Below, piece after piece: positions 13,401 to 29,071 of a stretch of DNA of 64,000 nt (position 1 is its first letter; each line of letters starts with the position of its first letter). The notes under the pieces were generated by a model, which worked only from the letters and a program-made list of their open reading frames with translations, had not been told where the DNA came from and ran no database searches. A program made the translations under genes and the position numbers. Source of the DNA: Chrysomallon squamiferum (taxonomy: Eukaryota > Animalia > Mollusca); NCBI GenBank assembly GCA_012295275.1, contig CM022675.1, forward strand, positions 15,748,001-15,812,000, written 5' to 3'.

Positions 13401-13996
13401 GATAACGTGAAAAACTTAATCTTCAGACCTCTACATCCACAGAACAGACTGGAGAAACTTTTGACATCTAATTAACAGGCTGACAGTTCTATGGATCAGC
13501 ATTCGGAATTCTGCGGTCTGAAGCATGCAATTTTTGATAACAAAATCTCTCACTGAACTGGATTGTTTTAGGACACAGCGCCGAGGAATCATATTAATAC
13601 AGGTCCCGTGATCAATCCTTATCACTGAACACAAATAATTTTATTCCCATTCCAGACATTCTCTGTTAAGTTCGTATTTCGGTTCTGATATAAGTTACGT
13701 CTTTCCTGTTTAATTAAAGCCCATGTTTCCGCGCCGAATGTCATAATTGTTTTATTATTATGATTGTTGTTGTTGTTGCATTTCTAATTGTTATTGTGTT
13801 TATTAATCTTATTGTTGTAATTGTTCTTATTATCACTGTAGTTATTATTGACGTTATATTATTTATTTTCAATATCATTATTATTATCATCATTATCATC
13901 TTTATTATTATTTCATTATTATTATGATCATTATCGTTATCGTCATCATAATCACTATCATCATCGTCGTCGTCGTCGTCACCATCATCATCATCA

Positions 13997-14078
<82 letters not shown>

Positions 14079-14785
14079 GAATTGTATATTTGTTTGGTGA
14101 CAGTTACGTATCTTTCAAAATTGATTTCGAATGTGAATTCCTTGAAGGGTTACTCCTACTGATTAGCAGCTATAGATTATTTGTACTCGATGTAGTCAAC
14201 AACAGATATTCTACACTATTTGTAAACCCACGGGTTTATTTGACGATCCTCGATGTTTTAATTACGTCATAACACAACGCACGCGTCATTAAGTCAGATA
14301 TGATAAATATTCATTGAAGAATACTTGAAAATGTCTATCACCCAGAGGCTGTGCATCATCAGTTCAGTTGTGTGTTTGTAATGAAATTATTATCTAACAG
14401 AAATTTTATATAATTCCTCTTCGTACTCACAATTTATTCATTTCCCTGTGCAGTTAGCATTACCATTGCCGTCCTTACCGGGAAATCAGAGTCCTGTTCT
14501 ATCGTAAATCAATTAGTATCTTTTTCTACGTGAGAAAATTATTAACAATCGTAATGAAGCTGTAGCTGTTAGAAATGCTGGCAGCAACACATAGCTATAT
14601 CATATCCAGTTATTTGTTCGTAAACAGTAAACCATAAAGATTTTAATTTTTCGATTTCGAAAAGATAACGCAGGTAACCGAGTTGTCTGCTCTTGACACT
14701 TTTTAAGATGCTATGTTAGAAACTTAAACTTAACTGATGAGAAAATCTATTGGGAAGACGGTGATATACATGGATACATATGTGC

Positions 14786-14854
<69 letters not shown>

Positions 14855-15283
14855 CGGTGTTAATCAGAAAAACAGTGAGTGAGAACACTGATGTAACAGC
14901 ACAGTTGGTGTTAATCAGAAAAACAGTGAATGAGATAACGCAGTGAGAACACTGATGTAACAGCATAGTTGGTGTTGATCGGAAAAGAATCGGAGCAGTT
15001 CTCAGATCATTTTGGCATTCACCGATACAGAAAGTGTCCCACGATATCTTTTTAAATTAAACACACACACACACACACACACACATACATAAACACACAT
15101 ACACACACACACACACACGCACGCACACACATACACACACAAACACATACACACATACACACATATACACACACATACACACATATTAAATCAAAACTTT
15201 CTAATTTACGGAAATATCTGTATAAAATCGAGTAGAACGTAACTCAAAGAAAAATGAGTGATATACTGACGTAACAGTCAGTG

Positions 15284-15286
<3 letters not shown>

Positions 15287-15375
<89 letters not shown>

Positions 15376-15402
15376 GAAAGAGAGAGACAGTGAGAGAGAG
15401 AG

Positions 15403-15473
<71 letters not shown>

Positions 15474-15490
15474 CAGATGGAGAGAGAGAT

Positions 15491-15521
<31 letters not shown>

Positions 15522-15524
15522 ATC

Positions 15525-15557
<33 letters not shown>

Positions 15558-15560
15558 AAA
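15287..15560. repeat. (GA)n microsatellite, interrupted
   Basis: Visible run. Confidence 0.95.
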
Positions 15561-16357
15561 AGAAACATACTCAAAGACAGACATACGTAGACAGAAAAAA
15601 GGACAGACAAACATATAGACCGAAACATAGATAAATAGACAGATAGACAGAAAGAGAGAGAGACAGATTGACGCGTGTCCGGAGACACAGAAAATAATAA
15701 ATGATTGTATTTTAATAACTTAACTTTATTTCGTTATTAGCGATCAAAAAATAATAAAGCAGATAATTTTTTTGTACTGATTATTTATTTATTTGTGTCT
15801 AGGTAAACAGATTTAGAGATAAGTTTATCTGTGATGTTTGACCATCTGCTGTGCGGCAGATAAGAATCAGAGCAAACGAGAAAGTGTGAAAATATTAATT
15901 ATAAAAACACGTGTTGGTTTCCACTAGTGTATGCTTCATATAGGAACATTTCATGCCAACAAAAAAATTATATATAAAATAAAAAGAACAGAAAACTGAA
16001 ACTGTACATAAAATAACCCAGTGTTAATGATAGTTTGCTAGAATCGGAATTAAATTAAAAACGTAATTTTTATTTTTATTTTTATTTTTTTTTTTTTTTT
16101 TTTTTAATTTGTACATTAAACTGATTTTTTATGTCTAATGGATACTTAATTTAAAAAAATTGTACATCTGTTTGTATTAAATAAATCTATATATGAACGT
16201 TTATTGTTTGTTTTGTTTTTTTAAATTTGAAATCGTGTTATAATTTTATTTTGAAATATAGCTTGGATGTATGTATGTACGAATGTATGTATGTATGTGT
16301 GTTTGTGTGTATATGGATGGATGGTGCATGTGTTTGGATGTTTGGATGTTTGGATGG

Positions 16358-16398
<41 letters not shown>

Positions 16399-16489
16399 TA
16401 GAAAATAACAAGGTAAATTGGCAATTTAGCAAAAGATAAACTCAAAATAATTAAGTGTTGACCCTAGGCAGTAAGATACGCCCCAGATG

Positions 16490-17315
16490 AGGAGTGGTAC
16501 AAAATGTTAAATCACAGAGTCAAAGCGTTACCGGCTGGTTACAAGGTAAACGTCTTTTCATTTCATCCCAAATATGTTCAGCTGGTGAGGGATCCGGAGA
16601 AACAGGCGGAGGAACATCAGTGTCTGTCACAGCACGTGCAGTACGTCCTGCTGTACCATGTTACATCCCTGCGCTTGAGCAGAGGGTTGACGTAATTCCG
16701 GTGATGTCATCTTGGTAGCGTTTATCCTTGGTCAACTGCCATCACTGATGACAAAATGGGTCCGTCAGTGAGATGACAAACCACCACACATCCAACTGGC
16801 TGATGTTGAATAACGCAAGCGTCAACAGAACGTGAACAGTACGCTGTCGCCTCCGTCTTTGATGTTGTTGACACCATTATAAGCGAGTCTGTCGATTATG
16901 TCGAAGTAGGTGTTTTGCTGGTCGTCGGGGCCGGATGCGGTGTTCTCGTAACCGACTCCATTCGTCCTGGCTCTGGTTGTTTCAACCCAAGACTGTTTTG
17001 AGCTGTGAAACTCGCAGTTTGGAACCGAGTTCGTACATGAACCAACTGAATATGGTTATTTTGTTGACGTCGTGTGACGTGGGTGTTGCTGTTGTTGCTA
17101 ACCTCTCTATAAAGATTTTATAGTGTGTTGGTGTACGTGCAGCTTGCCAACGGCGCTTTTGGGAAATACATGGCACGACGTCGTAGTGTTCGTATTCTGC
17201 AAACGGTGAAGCAAGCGTTGTATGTTATTCGTGTTTAAAGACAACGTGTCTGAGTATGATGTGGTCCCGAAACAGGCTAAACACAAAACTGCGCACCCTG
17301 CTTGAAATGCACGTG
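16490..17315 (-). mobile_element. Decayed Tc1/mariner (Tc1 DD34E-type) transposase pseudogene
   Basis: Minus-strand translation across frameshifts gives NIQRLLHRLQNT, HVTRRQQNNHIQLVHVRTRFQTASFTA (~17081-17000), RLREHRIRPRRP, DACVIQHQPVG, RYQDDI and DVPPPVSPDPSPAEHIWDEMKRRLPCNQPVTL (~16618-16523). The last matches the Tc1 WPxxSPDLxPIEHxWD motif. Stops, deletions and frameshifts throughout; no TIRs recognised. Confidence 0.88.
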
Positions 17316-17944
17316 CATGTGAAATCCTGTAACGAAGAAAATATCTTGATCTTTACATAATCAAATTTTTTTAATATCATTTGAATATTAACGAATACAT
17401 ACACACAATAACATGGACACACTCTCTCACACACACACACACACACACGATACAAAAAGATTTTCATTATATATACTCATAAACACAAACACATACAAAT
17501 CCCATATGAAAAAAGACTGTGTATATTTTCTAGAGTACTCATGAATTAGCAATAAAAATATGTATATTATATGTAGCCTGTACCGGAGAGCAAACTGGAA
17601 CAGAACGCTTTGTAATAGAAACTAATCTTACACACTGGATCATAGCAAAACAAAGGACACGATGAGTTTTCTGGTTTTTCACGTGAGGGTGAGGATAGTG
17701 GACATTGCTAGTTAGTTGAGACAGATAAATGAACATTACTTTTTTCTTCTTCTCCTAGAAAACTGATCAATCACTCACTATTCATGTAAAGAGCAGTGAA
17801 CTGTAGAATCGATAGCCGTCGCTGTTTGTTTTCTCGTTTTGACTCGATTTCCATCAAGGACCTATTAAAATCGTAATTTTTACCCATCAGTGGTCTTTTA
17901 CTCATTGGCATTTAGAGAAAAAATAATAGTCAGATTTAATTTGG

Positions 17945-18000
17945 TTATGTTCCTGTAGAGATCGCCTGAAGTCCAGGAGGTCGACGGATCGAACCCGGTA
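17945..18000 (+). mobile_element. tRNA-derived SINE head remnant
   Basis: TCGCCTGAAGT...GGTCGACGGATCGAACCC is B-box-like. A similar head remnant is at ~38797-38850 (AGCTGAGAGGGTAGAGCGGTCGC). Confidence 0.4.
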
Positions 18001-20069
18001 CAAGTGTTTTGCAAATTCCTTCAAAATGCTGCTTTAGTTGTACTGCTAAATTCTGGCGCTGTTGTTGATATTATGTGCCGTCGTCGATGTTGCATGTGTT
18101 TCTGTGGTCGCCGATGTTACAGTCACCTCTGATGATCCAGTTGCTTCGTAATTTCAGTCATTTTATTTCATATGTCAATACATTTTTTACCTCATCACAA
18201 GCGAAAAATAAAAATGCCTAAAAATGTTTTACAGTGCTGTACACATAAAATTAAGATGAAAGTTACTTTATGTACATGTTATTAAAATTGTGCAGTAATA
18301 AATGACAGGCAAACAAGGTTGAAAGAACTTTAGAATGTAATTAACAGGAAAACGAGGTAGTAACATTAGAGATATATTCTAAAAGAATGTTTAAAATTTG
18401 CTAACAAAATTTGTAAATAATAATAAAAACATTAATCGTTTGTTCTGATGGTTTTTCTGGTCTGACTTTAACGAAGTCAGTTGAGGTTTCGTGGTACAAA
18501 ATGTAAATAAAGTGATAAAAACGACAAGACGATATTTTCATGTTTCGACAGAAATAATTTTAAATTTAATGTAGAACTCTTCCCCATCAGTAGCCAATGA
18601 AAATAAAACTTTATTTCATTTTTTTGATGTTTCTGTATTGTCAGTAAAATGTTATATACTGCATATCTTCATTACGTGTGTTTTATGAACTAGTTTATAT
18701 TTATTAAAAGTTATTAATTTGTTTTTAAAACGTCTTTGAAATTTATTTATTTATTATTGCTATTATTATTATTGCTGTTGTTGTTGTTATTGATGGTAGT
18801 GATTGCCATGGTGCTGCTGTACTCTTTCTGTTCTTTTCTGTTGTTGTTGTTGTTGTTGTTGTTATTGGTGGTAGTGATGGTTGTTGTGATGGTGCTGCTG
18901 TACTGTTTCTGTGATTGTTGTTGTTGCTGTTGTTGGTAGTGGTGGTGGTGATGAACTGGGTTTTTTCTGATTTTGTTGTCGTTGCTGTTGGAGGTGGTGG
19001 TGGTAGAGGTGTAGTTTTACACTTGTTATTGATGTATAGTATATTATTTGGTAGTTGTAGTTGTTGTTTCACTGTGTTCATGTTGGTGCTGTTTTTCCGA
19101 TCGTGTAACAGACAGTATCTGAATTTCTCGTTAAACAGGGCTAGACTTTACACGGGCTATTTCGCTAGTTATTATTCATTCATCCCCTCTATCGATCGAG
19201 AACTGTTTTTTTTTGTGTAGTTTTTATTTCACCACACATTCAACACATGTTTAATCTACACAGATAAAGGGTCGGGCTTAAAGTTAAGCATCTCATACAT
19301 AATGAGAGAAGAAACCCGCTTCGGGGCTGCAGTTTTTTCCTACCCCATCCACCAAGTCACGACAAAATCGCGTTACGTGACGTCACGACAGCGCCCTCTC
19401 CGCACACGGCGTCATTTAGACGGCAACCTCGCAGAATGCGAAATCACTGGAGGTGGCGCTCCTGGTAACACTGCGGTGCTCGTTATTTGAAAACAAGTCA
19501 GTTTTAGATTACTTTGATAAATAGACTTAAGAGTCGAACACGTGAGCTAGAGGCGATCCGTGCTTCAGCTGATGTCAGCGGGATTTCAGCATTAGTCGCG
19601 TTATGTAATCCCTGCTGTTAGCCGCCAGCCACAGAATGTGTAGAGAGAAATCAAAGGTCCTGTATGATTTATGCGTCCGGTTGTGATTACGGCCTATCCC
19701 GTCAAACGATGGGCTGCCCCAATCGATACAATGACTGATAACGTATTCTTTCCTATAAAAGACCATCATCTTTTTTTTTTTCTCTCTCTTTCTTTTCTTT
19801 TTTTTTTTTCCCCTCCTTTTCTTCTCGCTTGGCTACCCACAAACGAACGATTTTAAATCTTTTCTTCAGAAAAGAACGTGAAGAAAATAATAACCGTTTC
19901 GCAGAATAATAATTAAAACATTTTTTTTTTTTTTAATATTTTAAATTCAGAGGTTATCGTGACAAAACGTTTCATTATTTTAGAAATATTTGTTTAGAAA
20001 TCTTGTTAGAAAATCAAAAGAGGAAATTAGTATAAACTGTTATTAGACACAGTTTGGTCTAGTGATATC

Positions 20070-20205
20070 AGTGTGTAAACTCGCCGCTTGCCACACGTGT
20101 TACACCTTTACTGATCACCAGCAAGAAATCTTTTAGATGTTTTTTTTTCAGAGGCAGGACACTACCTACCATGCCTTTTGATAAACCCCACGTGACTGAA
20201 CATTA
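20070..20205 (-). mobile_element. Degraded SINE core in reverse orientation
   Basis: CAGCAAGAAATCTTTTAGATG...CAGAGGCAGGACACTACCTACCATGCCTTTTGATAAACC is the reverse complement of the same family seen at ~9230. Confidence 0.5.
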
Positions 20206-20253
20206 AAACAATCTGTAATTATATTTCATAGTAAAAGTTTCAGAAATTTTAGC

Positions 20254-20254
<1 letters not shown>

Positions 20255-20351
<97 letters not shown>

Positions 20352-20540
20352 GAAAATGATAGTGTTAATAATACTGATAATGATGTGGTGATGATGTTTA
20401 TAATTATTTTGATAATCATAATGATGATGATATTGATCATGATAATGATGATAATAATGATACTGACTGTGTTAGTGATAATTACGTTGCTGGTTATAGC
20501 GATCTTATTGATAACGATTACGATGATAACGACAACGAGC
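20255..20540. repeat. (AAT)n microsatellite grading into (GAT/AAT) low complexity
   Basis: Visible. Confidence 0.9.
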
Positions 20541-20956
20541 GAGAACAAGACGATGCTGTCAGTGAAGATGATAAATGAATTTACACGAGTGTACAGATCG
20601 ATGCAGTCAAAAATAGTTAAAACTAAGAAATTTGTTTGAAGTTAAACTTGTTTAAACATCTGTCACAGTTTGACGTGAGTAAACTCCGAGATGATGCTGA
20701 GGATGATAATGATGATGATGATGATCATCATCATGACAGTGAGACTGACAAAGACAAAAGATCAGGTTTAAAAAGCTAAAATGAAGCAGACACACAACAG
20801 AAATACTCAGTGAGCAAAGCTTGCCTGAGCTGAACACGTATTTTATTTAGTAATCCCTTTCTGCAACTCACCAGTACAAACTCCTTCATCACTGCCTACT
20901 TAGTAAGATTTACCGATTAACGTCTTCATTCTTTCTTTCGTTTATTTTCTTTTCAC

Positions 20957-20987
<31 letters not shown>

Positions 20988-21502
20988 CCATTCTTCCGCA
21001 GTGAAGTAGCAGGTCATTTTCAATTTGAAACCATATGCTGATATTGACTTTAATCACGTGCCGTTTCTTTGGGTTATTTTTTAATCTTGGCTTCCAAAGT
21101 TCTTCTTTTTTTTCTCTTTCTTTTTTTCTCCTTCTTCTTCTTTTCTTTCTTTCACTGGATGCAGAATAATTCATGATTGATTATGTTGCTCGAGTATATG
21201 TTTTATCGAAGAAAATTACGTTTTATAGGGTTTCAGATACAATGATGAGATTAGTTTGACCTGTGAGTGTGTAAACTGCGTCATGCGTGATAAACAGCCA
21301 GACAGACACCGTGACGTTGATGAGGCTCGTGAAGCAAAGCGGGTTAAACAGAGATTTCTAGTGACTATCCCAGATCACTAGTCATTAATTAGACTAAGAG
21401 AAAAAACAATAAAAAAAAATAAAGAAACAAGAAAAAACAAAAAAAAAAAAAAAAAAAAATAGATAAAAGATGAAACAAAAGAAGAAAAAAAAAGAAAAAA
21501 AA

Positions 21503-22420
21503 AAATAATTAAACTTGAAATGTAATAAATGTTTCTGTCATTAAATCAAATAATTAAACTTGAAATGTAATAAATGTTTCTGACAGTAAATGAAATAATT
21601 AAACTTGAAATGTAATAAATGTTTCTGTCATCAAATCAAATAAAAACTTTAAAATAATAAAATTTGAAATGTAAATAAATAATTTCTTGAAATTAAATCG
21701 AATAATTAAACTTGAAATGTAATAAATATTTCTGAATGTAAATTAAATAATTAAACTTGAAATGTAATAAATGTTTCTGAATGTAAATTAAATAATTAAA
21801 CTTTAAATGTTTAATCAGTAAATCAAATAATTAAACTTGAAATGTAATAAATGTTTCTGAATGTAAATTAAATAATTAAACTTGAAATGTAATAAATGTT
21901 TCTGACAGCAAATCAAATAATTAAACTTGAAATTAATAAATGTTTCTGAATGTAAATTAAATAATTAAACTTGAAATGTAATAAATGTTTCTGACAGCAA
22001 ATTAAATAATTAAACTTGAAATTAATAAATGTTTCTGAATGTAAATTAAATAATTAAACTTGAAATGTAATAAATGTTTCTGAATGTAAATTAAATAATT
22101 AAACTTTAAATGTAATAAATGTTTCTGAATGTAAATTAAATAATTTAAATGTAATAAATGTTTCTGACAGCAAATTAAATAAAATGAAATTAAACTTCAG
22201 AAATCAAATAATTAAATAAATGTTTAAATGTGAATGTAAATTAAATAATTAAACTTGAAATGTAATAAATGTTTCTGACAGCAAATCAAATAATTGTTCT
22301 TAGTTATAAACATGAAAAAATTTAAACCTCGGGTAATAAATGTTTCTGACAGCAAATTAAATAATTAAACTTGAAATTTAAATGTATCGGTAAAGAAAAC
22401 TTCCAATGTAATAAATGTTT
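21503..22420. repeat. 44-45-bp AT-rich minisatellite (AATAATTAAACTTGAAATGTAATAAATGTTTCTGA[ATGT/CAGC]AAATTA)n, ~20 copies
   Basis: Visible tandem array with two alternating variants. Confidence 0.93.
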
Positions 22421-23236
22421 CCTGTAAGGTAATTGTTCTTAGTTATACAGGAAAAAAATTGAATCCTCCGGGATACGGGAAAACTTCAGAGTATCGGTAG
22501 ATCACTTTGAAATAGAAGAAAAATAAAAATGGAAAATATATATATATATTGTGTAAATTATGGGTAGATTTGAATAAGTGTTAACACCTTTGCTTTTATT
22601 TGATTGAAAACGTGAAAAACAAACAAACATTTTATGCCTAGTAAAGTTTCTGTTACGACTGCAGGCGTTTTCATTACAAATATTCTTAGAGAGAGAATGT
22701 GATGATAAAAGATCACGTATTCCTGAGATCGAGAAAATGATAACTGAAAAAAAAAAAGATATATATAAAAAAAACTTCTAGATAATGAGTAAAAATAACG
22801 AACAGACTGTGAAATAAAACCTTTTCTTTGAACTTTATGACCACTGGAATAAATAAATATAATTTAACCGACATTTAAACTCAGTTCATCCTTAGCACTT
22901 CTTAGGCGTCGAAGATTTAGTTTGAGTTTCTAATGATTACAACAGAAACGAAACCATCTGTAGATAAAGATTATGTTGAGTGCATATTTAAATAAATATA
23001 TTTTTTGTATGGATTAATAGCAAAAGATCTTGCCAAAGATCAAAAAACGCAAACAACTTACTACTCTAGTTTGATTAATTGAACTAGGAGAACTGGATGA
23101 AACGGGAAAAAAGAAAACTGGCGTACTGAGGAGTTTGAGAAAAACCAGAAACATCAAATTAAAGATGGTTTTCAATACAGCCAATAAAAAATTTAAAAAA
23201 TGAAAATAAAAATGTGAAGGTTATTTATATTGATGT

Positions 23237-23270
<34 letters not shown>

Positions 23271-23320
23271 AACAAAGTGATAATAATCATAATAATAATA
23301 ATAATAGCATTAGTAGTTGC

Positions 23321-23362
<42 letters not shown>

Positions 23363-24091
23363 TAGTTTAGTAAAAGTAATAATAATAATAATAGTAATAA
23401 TAATAATAACAAAAATAATAATAATAAAATAATAAGAATAATAGTAATGATAATCAAAATCATCATCATCATCGTCATCATATCATACCAACAGAGCATT
23501 AATATTGTTTTAAAATAAAATAGAATAATATATGAAGATATATTGCCTATATTCCTAGAGACAGATAAAGAAAAAGAGAAACAGACTAACAGAATTATGG
23601 ACGACAAATTGAGAGGCGTTCGGAGAGACTAATTGAAAAGATTGTACACAGTTAGCACAAAACTAACGAGATTAGACAAACATCACGTGAAATCTCTACA
23701 TTCCCAAACGTATACTTCAACTACTGAACACACGAAAGCTACGCGCCAGAATCAACATGGAAGTGTTTGTATAACACCAGCAACATCAGCAGACTAACCC
23801 GGGAACCATCAGGTAAACTGTTGCTGTTACATCCCTGGCGAGTGTTCGCTAACAATCTGACACTCATGTCGCAACGTTCACACACCTATCACACGGATGT
23901 GTATTGACTCTCGCTGGAAGGTTTCTGTCACTTGGAGACTGCGCACAGAGCAGATATTAACGACTGCCAGTCTCTGGAGAGTTACGCCTGCGATCACGTT
24001 TATTGTTTGTCAGCTTTTCGCTTTCACAACAGTGTGAAGTTTCTGCTTTGTGTCGCCGCGTTGTCTAACTGTGTGTGCCTAAATGATAGAG

Positions 24092-24684
<593 letters not shown>

Positions 24685-26631
24685 TTGTTGTCCTCTATGG
24701 TAGATCTAGATAGTTTCATTATCTCTCTGATTTCTGTCTGTGTATTTATTTATCTGCCTATCTCTCTCCGTCTCTGTCTAACTGCTTTTCCTAAAAAAAA
24801 TTATCTTTCGCTCTCTATCTATCTCTTTTAATTTCTTTATCTTTGACTCTATGTATTTAGCTATGAACATTCCTTGCCTTTATTTCTCATCATTTTTGCG
24901 TGCATTTATTTTTGGGGAAATTGGCACTAGCAGGTATGTATTTAGAACTGAATATTCTCTGTTTTATGTACGTCTGAATAGACTCTGCACACAGACAATA
25001 TTCGGGAACGCACTGGCGCAGGAGGACAAAGTCCAATCACGACGTCACAAACCCGTCAGATGCCGCTGACGAGACTCGAACGTATGGCAGCCATTCACCC
25101 TCACTCCGTTGCTGACGACAATATCACTTGATCAACAACTAACCTATTCTAGCTTGTATGTATGTATGTCTGTATATACGTGTGTCTGTATGTATTTGTG
25201 CATATGTGTGCATGTGTATATATGTATGCAATTTTTGTTATTTAAATATATATGTTGTATGTACGTATGTATGTATGAATGTATGTATGTACGTATGTAT
25301 GTATGTATCTATGAATGTATGTATCAACTGATAACTATTCAAGTAAGTATACGCCCACATACACGTGAACGCCTAATTAAATCCATAACGATTTCACTGT
25401 CACTTTTTTGCTGGATCATCTGGTGTAAGTGTATTAATAAAAAAAGCATTCAGATATATCTACGTATTTATATTAATTGACTGTTATTTATCCGAGTTCA
25501 CTGGAGATTAATTACTTCCTTTTCCCTTTGACTTCTCCAGTCTGTTGTAAACTACTGGAAGATCAACGATACACGTAAGCTCATAACGAAAAGAATACAT
25601 CACCAGTCGCTGCAGTATATTTCTCTTTCCGGATTGCCTGTTCAAACGTTAATAATGTGCAAACATTTGTTATCGCTAGTAAATATATTTTAAAAGGTAA
25701 TGTTTCTTAGACTAAAGGCGCGTTCTCACTGTACGACTCAGTGTTACCATTCGTTTGTAAAAAAAATTCCTTTGTGTGATTGTGTGTTTGTTTATGTGTG
25801 TGCGTGTGTGGGTGTGGGTGTGAGTGTGTGTGGGTGTGGGTGTGTGTGGGTGTGGGTGTGTGTTTGTAATTTTAATTTCACTTTCAAAATTAACTGATTT
25901 TAGTTAAATATCGAAAATATTTCTTGAAATATGAGTCTAGGGATTTGGCTAAAATTCAAGATTTTTAAATGTTTAAGTCTATAATTTTACTAAAAGTTTC
26001 GATTTTTTGATATCTGAGTGTAGATTGCGACAAAATGTAAGTAAAAAGTTATTCTAGTTACTGAGATACACATTATATCTGAGTAGTCTAGATGTTTATA
26101 TGAAGTCTTAGAGAAACTAGAACGAGGCTCTGTTAACATAGTGTTTTTCTTAGATGCGACTGGTCTAAGGATTTATCTTCCACAACACACATTTGTCGTT
26201 CCAACCACGACAAATGAATAATTTAATTTAAATTGTCAGTGGTAAGGTAAACTAAATGTTCACCTGCTTCATACTGAAGAGAGAAGCGAATTTCTATTAA
26301 TTTTCTAATAATGATATGTGTGACGTCATAATACTGTCCGTCAAAAGTTGTTGTGTGCTATAAATAGATGCTTCCTTCTTTCGTTGATCTTGGTATAGCT
26401 CAGATGTGCATACTTGCGGGTGTTTGTCTGTACTAGTACGATAAAAGGTCGTTTGGTGCTTCCCGCCAACTTTTGATTTTTAAAGTTTTCATTTACTTGC
26501 AGACTGATTGTTAGAATGATTTATAACTGAGTCGATATCTGATCTGTCAATGTTTGTACGATCAGTTCATCAATTAAAGGAAAAGCCATTTAAGTGTGTG
26601 CTTGTAACTGACGTAATATTATCAAGAACAG

Positions 26632-27015
26632 CTACCACCACTAGCACACTGCTACACAACCTCCACCACTACACCACTGCCACACTACCACCACTACCAC
26701 ACTGCTACACAACCACCACCACTACACCACTGCCACACTACCACCACTACCACACTGCTACACAACCACCACCACTACACCACTGCCACACTACCACTAC
26801 AACAACCACCACTACCACCACCACTGCCACACTACCACTACCACACCCACCACTATAACCACAACTACCACCACTACCACCACCACTGCCACACTACCAC
26901 TACCACACCCACCACTATAACCACAACTACCACCACTACCACCACCACTGCCACACTACCACTACCACACCCACCACTATAACCACAACAACCAGCACTA
27001 CCATCACCACCACTA
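26632..27015. repeat. CCA/CTA-based tandem repeat with ~63-bp higher-order units
   Basis: CCACTGCCACACTACCACTACCACACCCACCACTATAACCACAAC occurs three times at 26821-26990. Confidence 0.85.
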
Positions 27016-29040
27016 CAACAACAACAATAACCGATAATAATAAGAAGAAGAAGAAGATGATGATGATGATGATGATGATGGTGATGATAATAAATTTAAT
27101 AAATAAAAGCTGCTCTGAAGATAATTTACGATGCAGTGTATAAAATATGATTTTTCTGAAGCTGTCACATTATTAAATGTGCTGCAGTTTTGTGTTTCAT
27201 TTTCTACCACACACAGAGAGACATTCACGTCCCAAAAAGTCAGTTAACATAAATTGGCAAAAAGAAGCAAGTTAAAAATCGTCATTGATAAGCAACCAAC
27301 AAAACTTCAGTTTTTGCTTATTTTCTCGAAATCACGAAAAAGTGACTTGCACTGGTAAGTTCAGTAAACTGTTTGACTTTCGTTTCCCTCCAGAGAACCT
27401 TTGCTACTTTAATAACCTAATCTAGGAACTTTTTTTTTCCCCATTAACATTATTAACGTTACAATGTGGGCGGAGTTACGTAATCGTGCAATAAAATTCC
27501 TTCAGAAACAAGACATAGTTAGACTTACGAAATATTCCATTAATGGACTGGTTCCCAGTTCAAAATTAGGATTATTTCACAAGCGGGTGAATGTACTGAA
27601 TCATTATCTTTGTGCTCTGGAGTGTTCAGAACGCGACAGCTAGACGTGAGAATATTTTAACGAGGCAACTCATATGCGCGTGTTGTTATTAGGTAACTTA
27701 TCTCCAGTGACGTCATCATAACACAGAAATAACAAATGTCTGATTAACAGACGACAGATGAATGAGTTTTTCTTACACGTCATTGGGCACGCGGCATTCA
27801 TAACTTTGTCTTAACGTCTGCTTCTCTTTTTAGATTATGGTTCTTACATATTGCAGCCATCTATATTAATTAAATTGCAGGACTGACATATGAACGGATT
27901 CTAGCTCGCGCATATAGTACATACATGCAGGATCTATCCTCTTCGCTCTCTGTGTCTATATATTTCCCGTTCTAGAAAGTACTGGGGGAGAGGTTTATGA
28001 ATATACTTATTAATGTTCCTGTCTAGAGAAATATATAAGATGTTCAAAATGTGCAGTTTATTTCAGTTGATAAATGTCTGTTACAATCTGAAATTTTCAG
28101 AATTCTTCAAAACCAAAATGTTCTCCCGTCCTTGCCTCTTACATAATTATTGTTGTCGTCTGCCGTGTTTTCAATACAAATAAAACCAAATAAATATGTC
28201 GTGGCTGCAGAGTAAACCAATTTTGTTAAATGTCGTTCTCGTCGTTGCAGAAAGAAAAAAACAGTTCGGTGTGTGTCGTTGTCGTTGATGAAGACAAAAT
28301 CAATTTCTTACATGTCAAAGTCGTGCTGTGACAAAAGCAATAAAGAAAGAAAAACTATGTCATTTGCAAAGGACACCATGCAAAGATTAAATATCTCCCT
28401 GTGCGTGACGTAATTATTAGAGATAGCGAAAACATCGAGCAGTTTGTAAGTAAATACACACTAAAACATACACACATACACATACACATACACAACACAC
28501 ATATATATATCTACATAGATACATACATATATATATATATATACATTCATATATAATAGACAGATATACAGCAAATATTTAGAATGAAACAATAATAAAT
28601 AAATAAATAAAAACAAAATTACTAGTTCATTCTTCACAAAACAAATCGTTTACCGACCTCGAAAAAGATGGAGTGCTAATTAGGGGACGTAACTCTTATC
28701 GTTTCGTGACCTTTTTCCAGCCAGCTGCGCTGACTTCAGTTTGAACCTAACATTTTGCGCGTGGCAACTCGGCTGCCATTGTTTATTTGTCGCAGGGCAG
28801 TGACATCTGTGACGTGTGCGCAGTTCAAGAATGAAAGAATTTACGTCTGCAGAACCGAATAAAATTGCGTGACATCGGATTAAGATTAGTCTATGTGAAG
28901 TAAAATAATTGAAATATACACACATATACAATACATGTGTCACATTTGTCTTTCTTTTTTCTTTGTTTCTTTTATTTATTTCTATGTGTTTCTTTATCAG
29001 TTATTATTTACTATTTTATTCGTTTCATTTATTTGTTTGT

Positions 29041-29071
<31 letters not shown>

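Noticed and set aside
16494-17176. ORFs 16494..16718, 16504..16695, 16935..17123 and 16982..17176 as host exons
   Set aside because: They overlap the frameshifted Tc1 transposase relic, which explains the coding-like composition.
17945-18000. tRNA gene (B-box-like GGATCGAACCC; also ~38800)
   Set aside because: No cloverleaf can be formed; better explained as decayed SINE heads.
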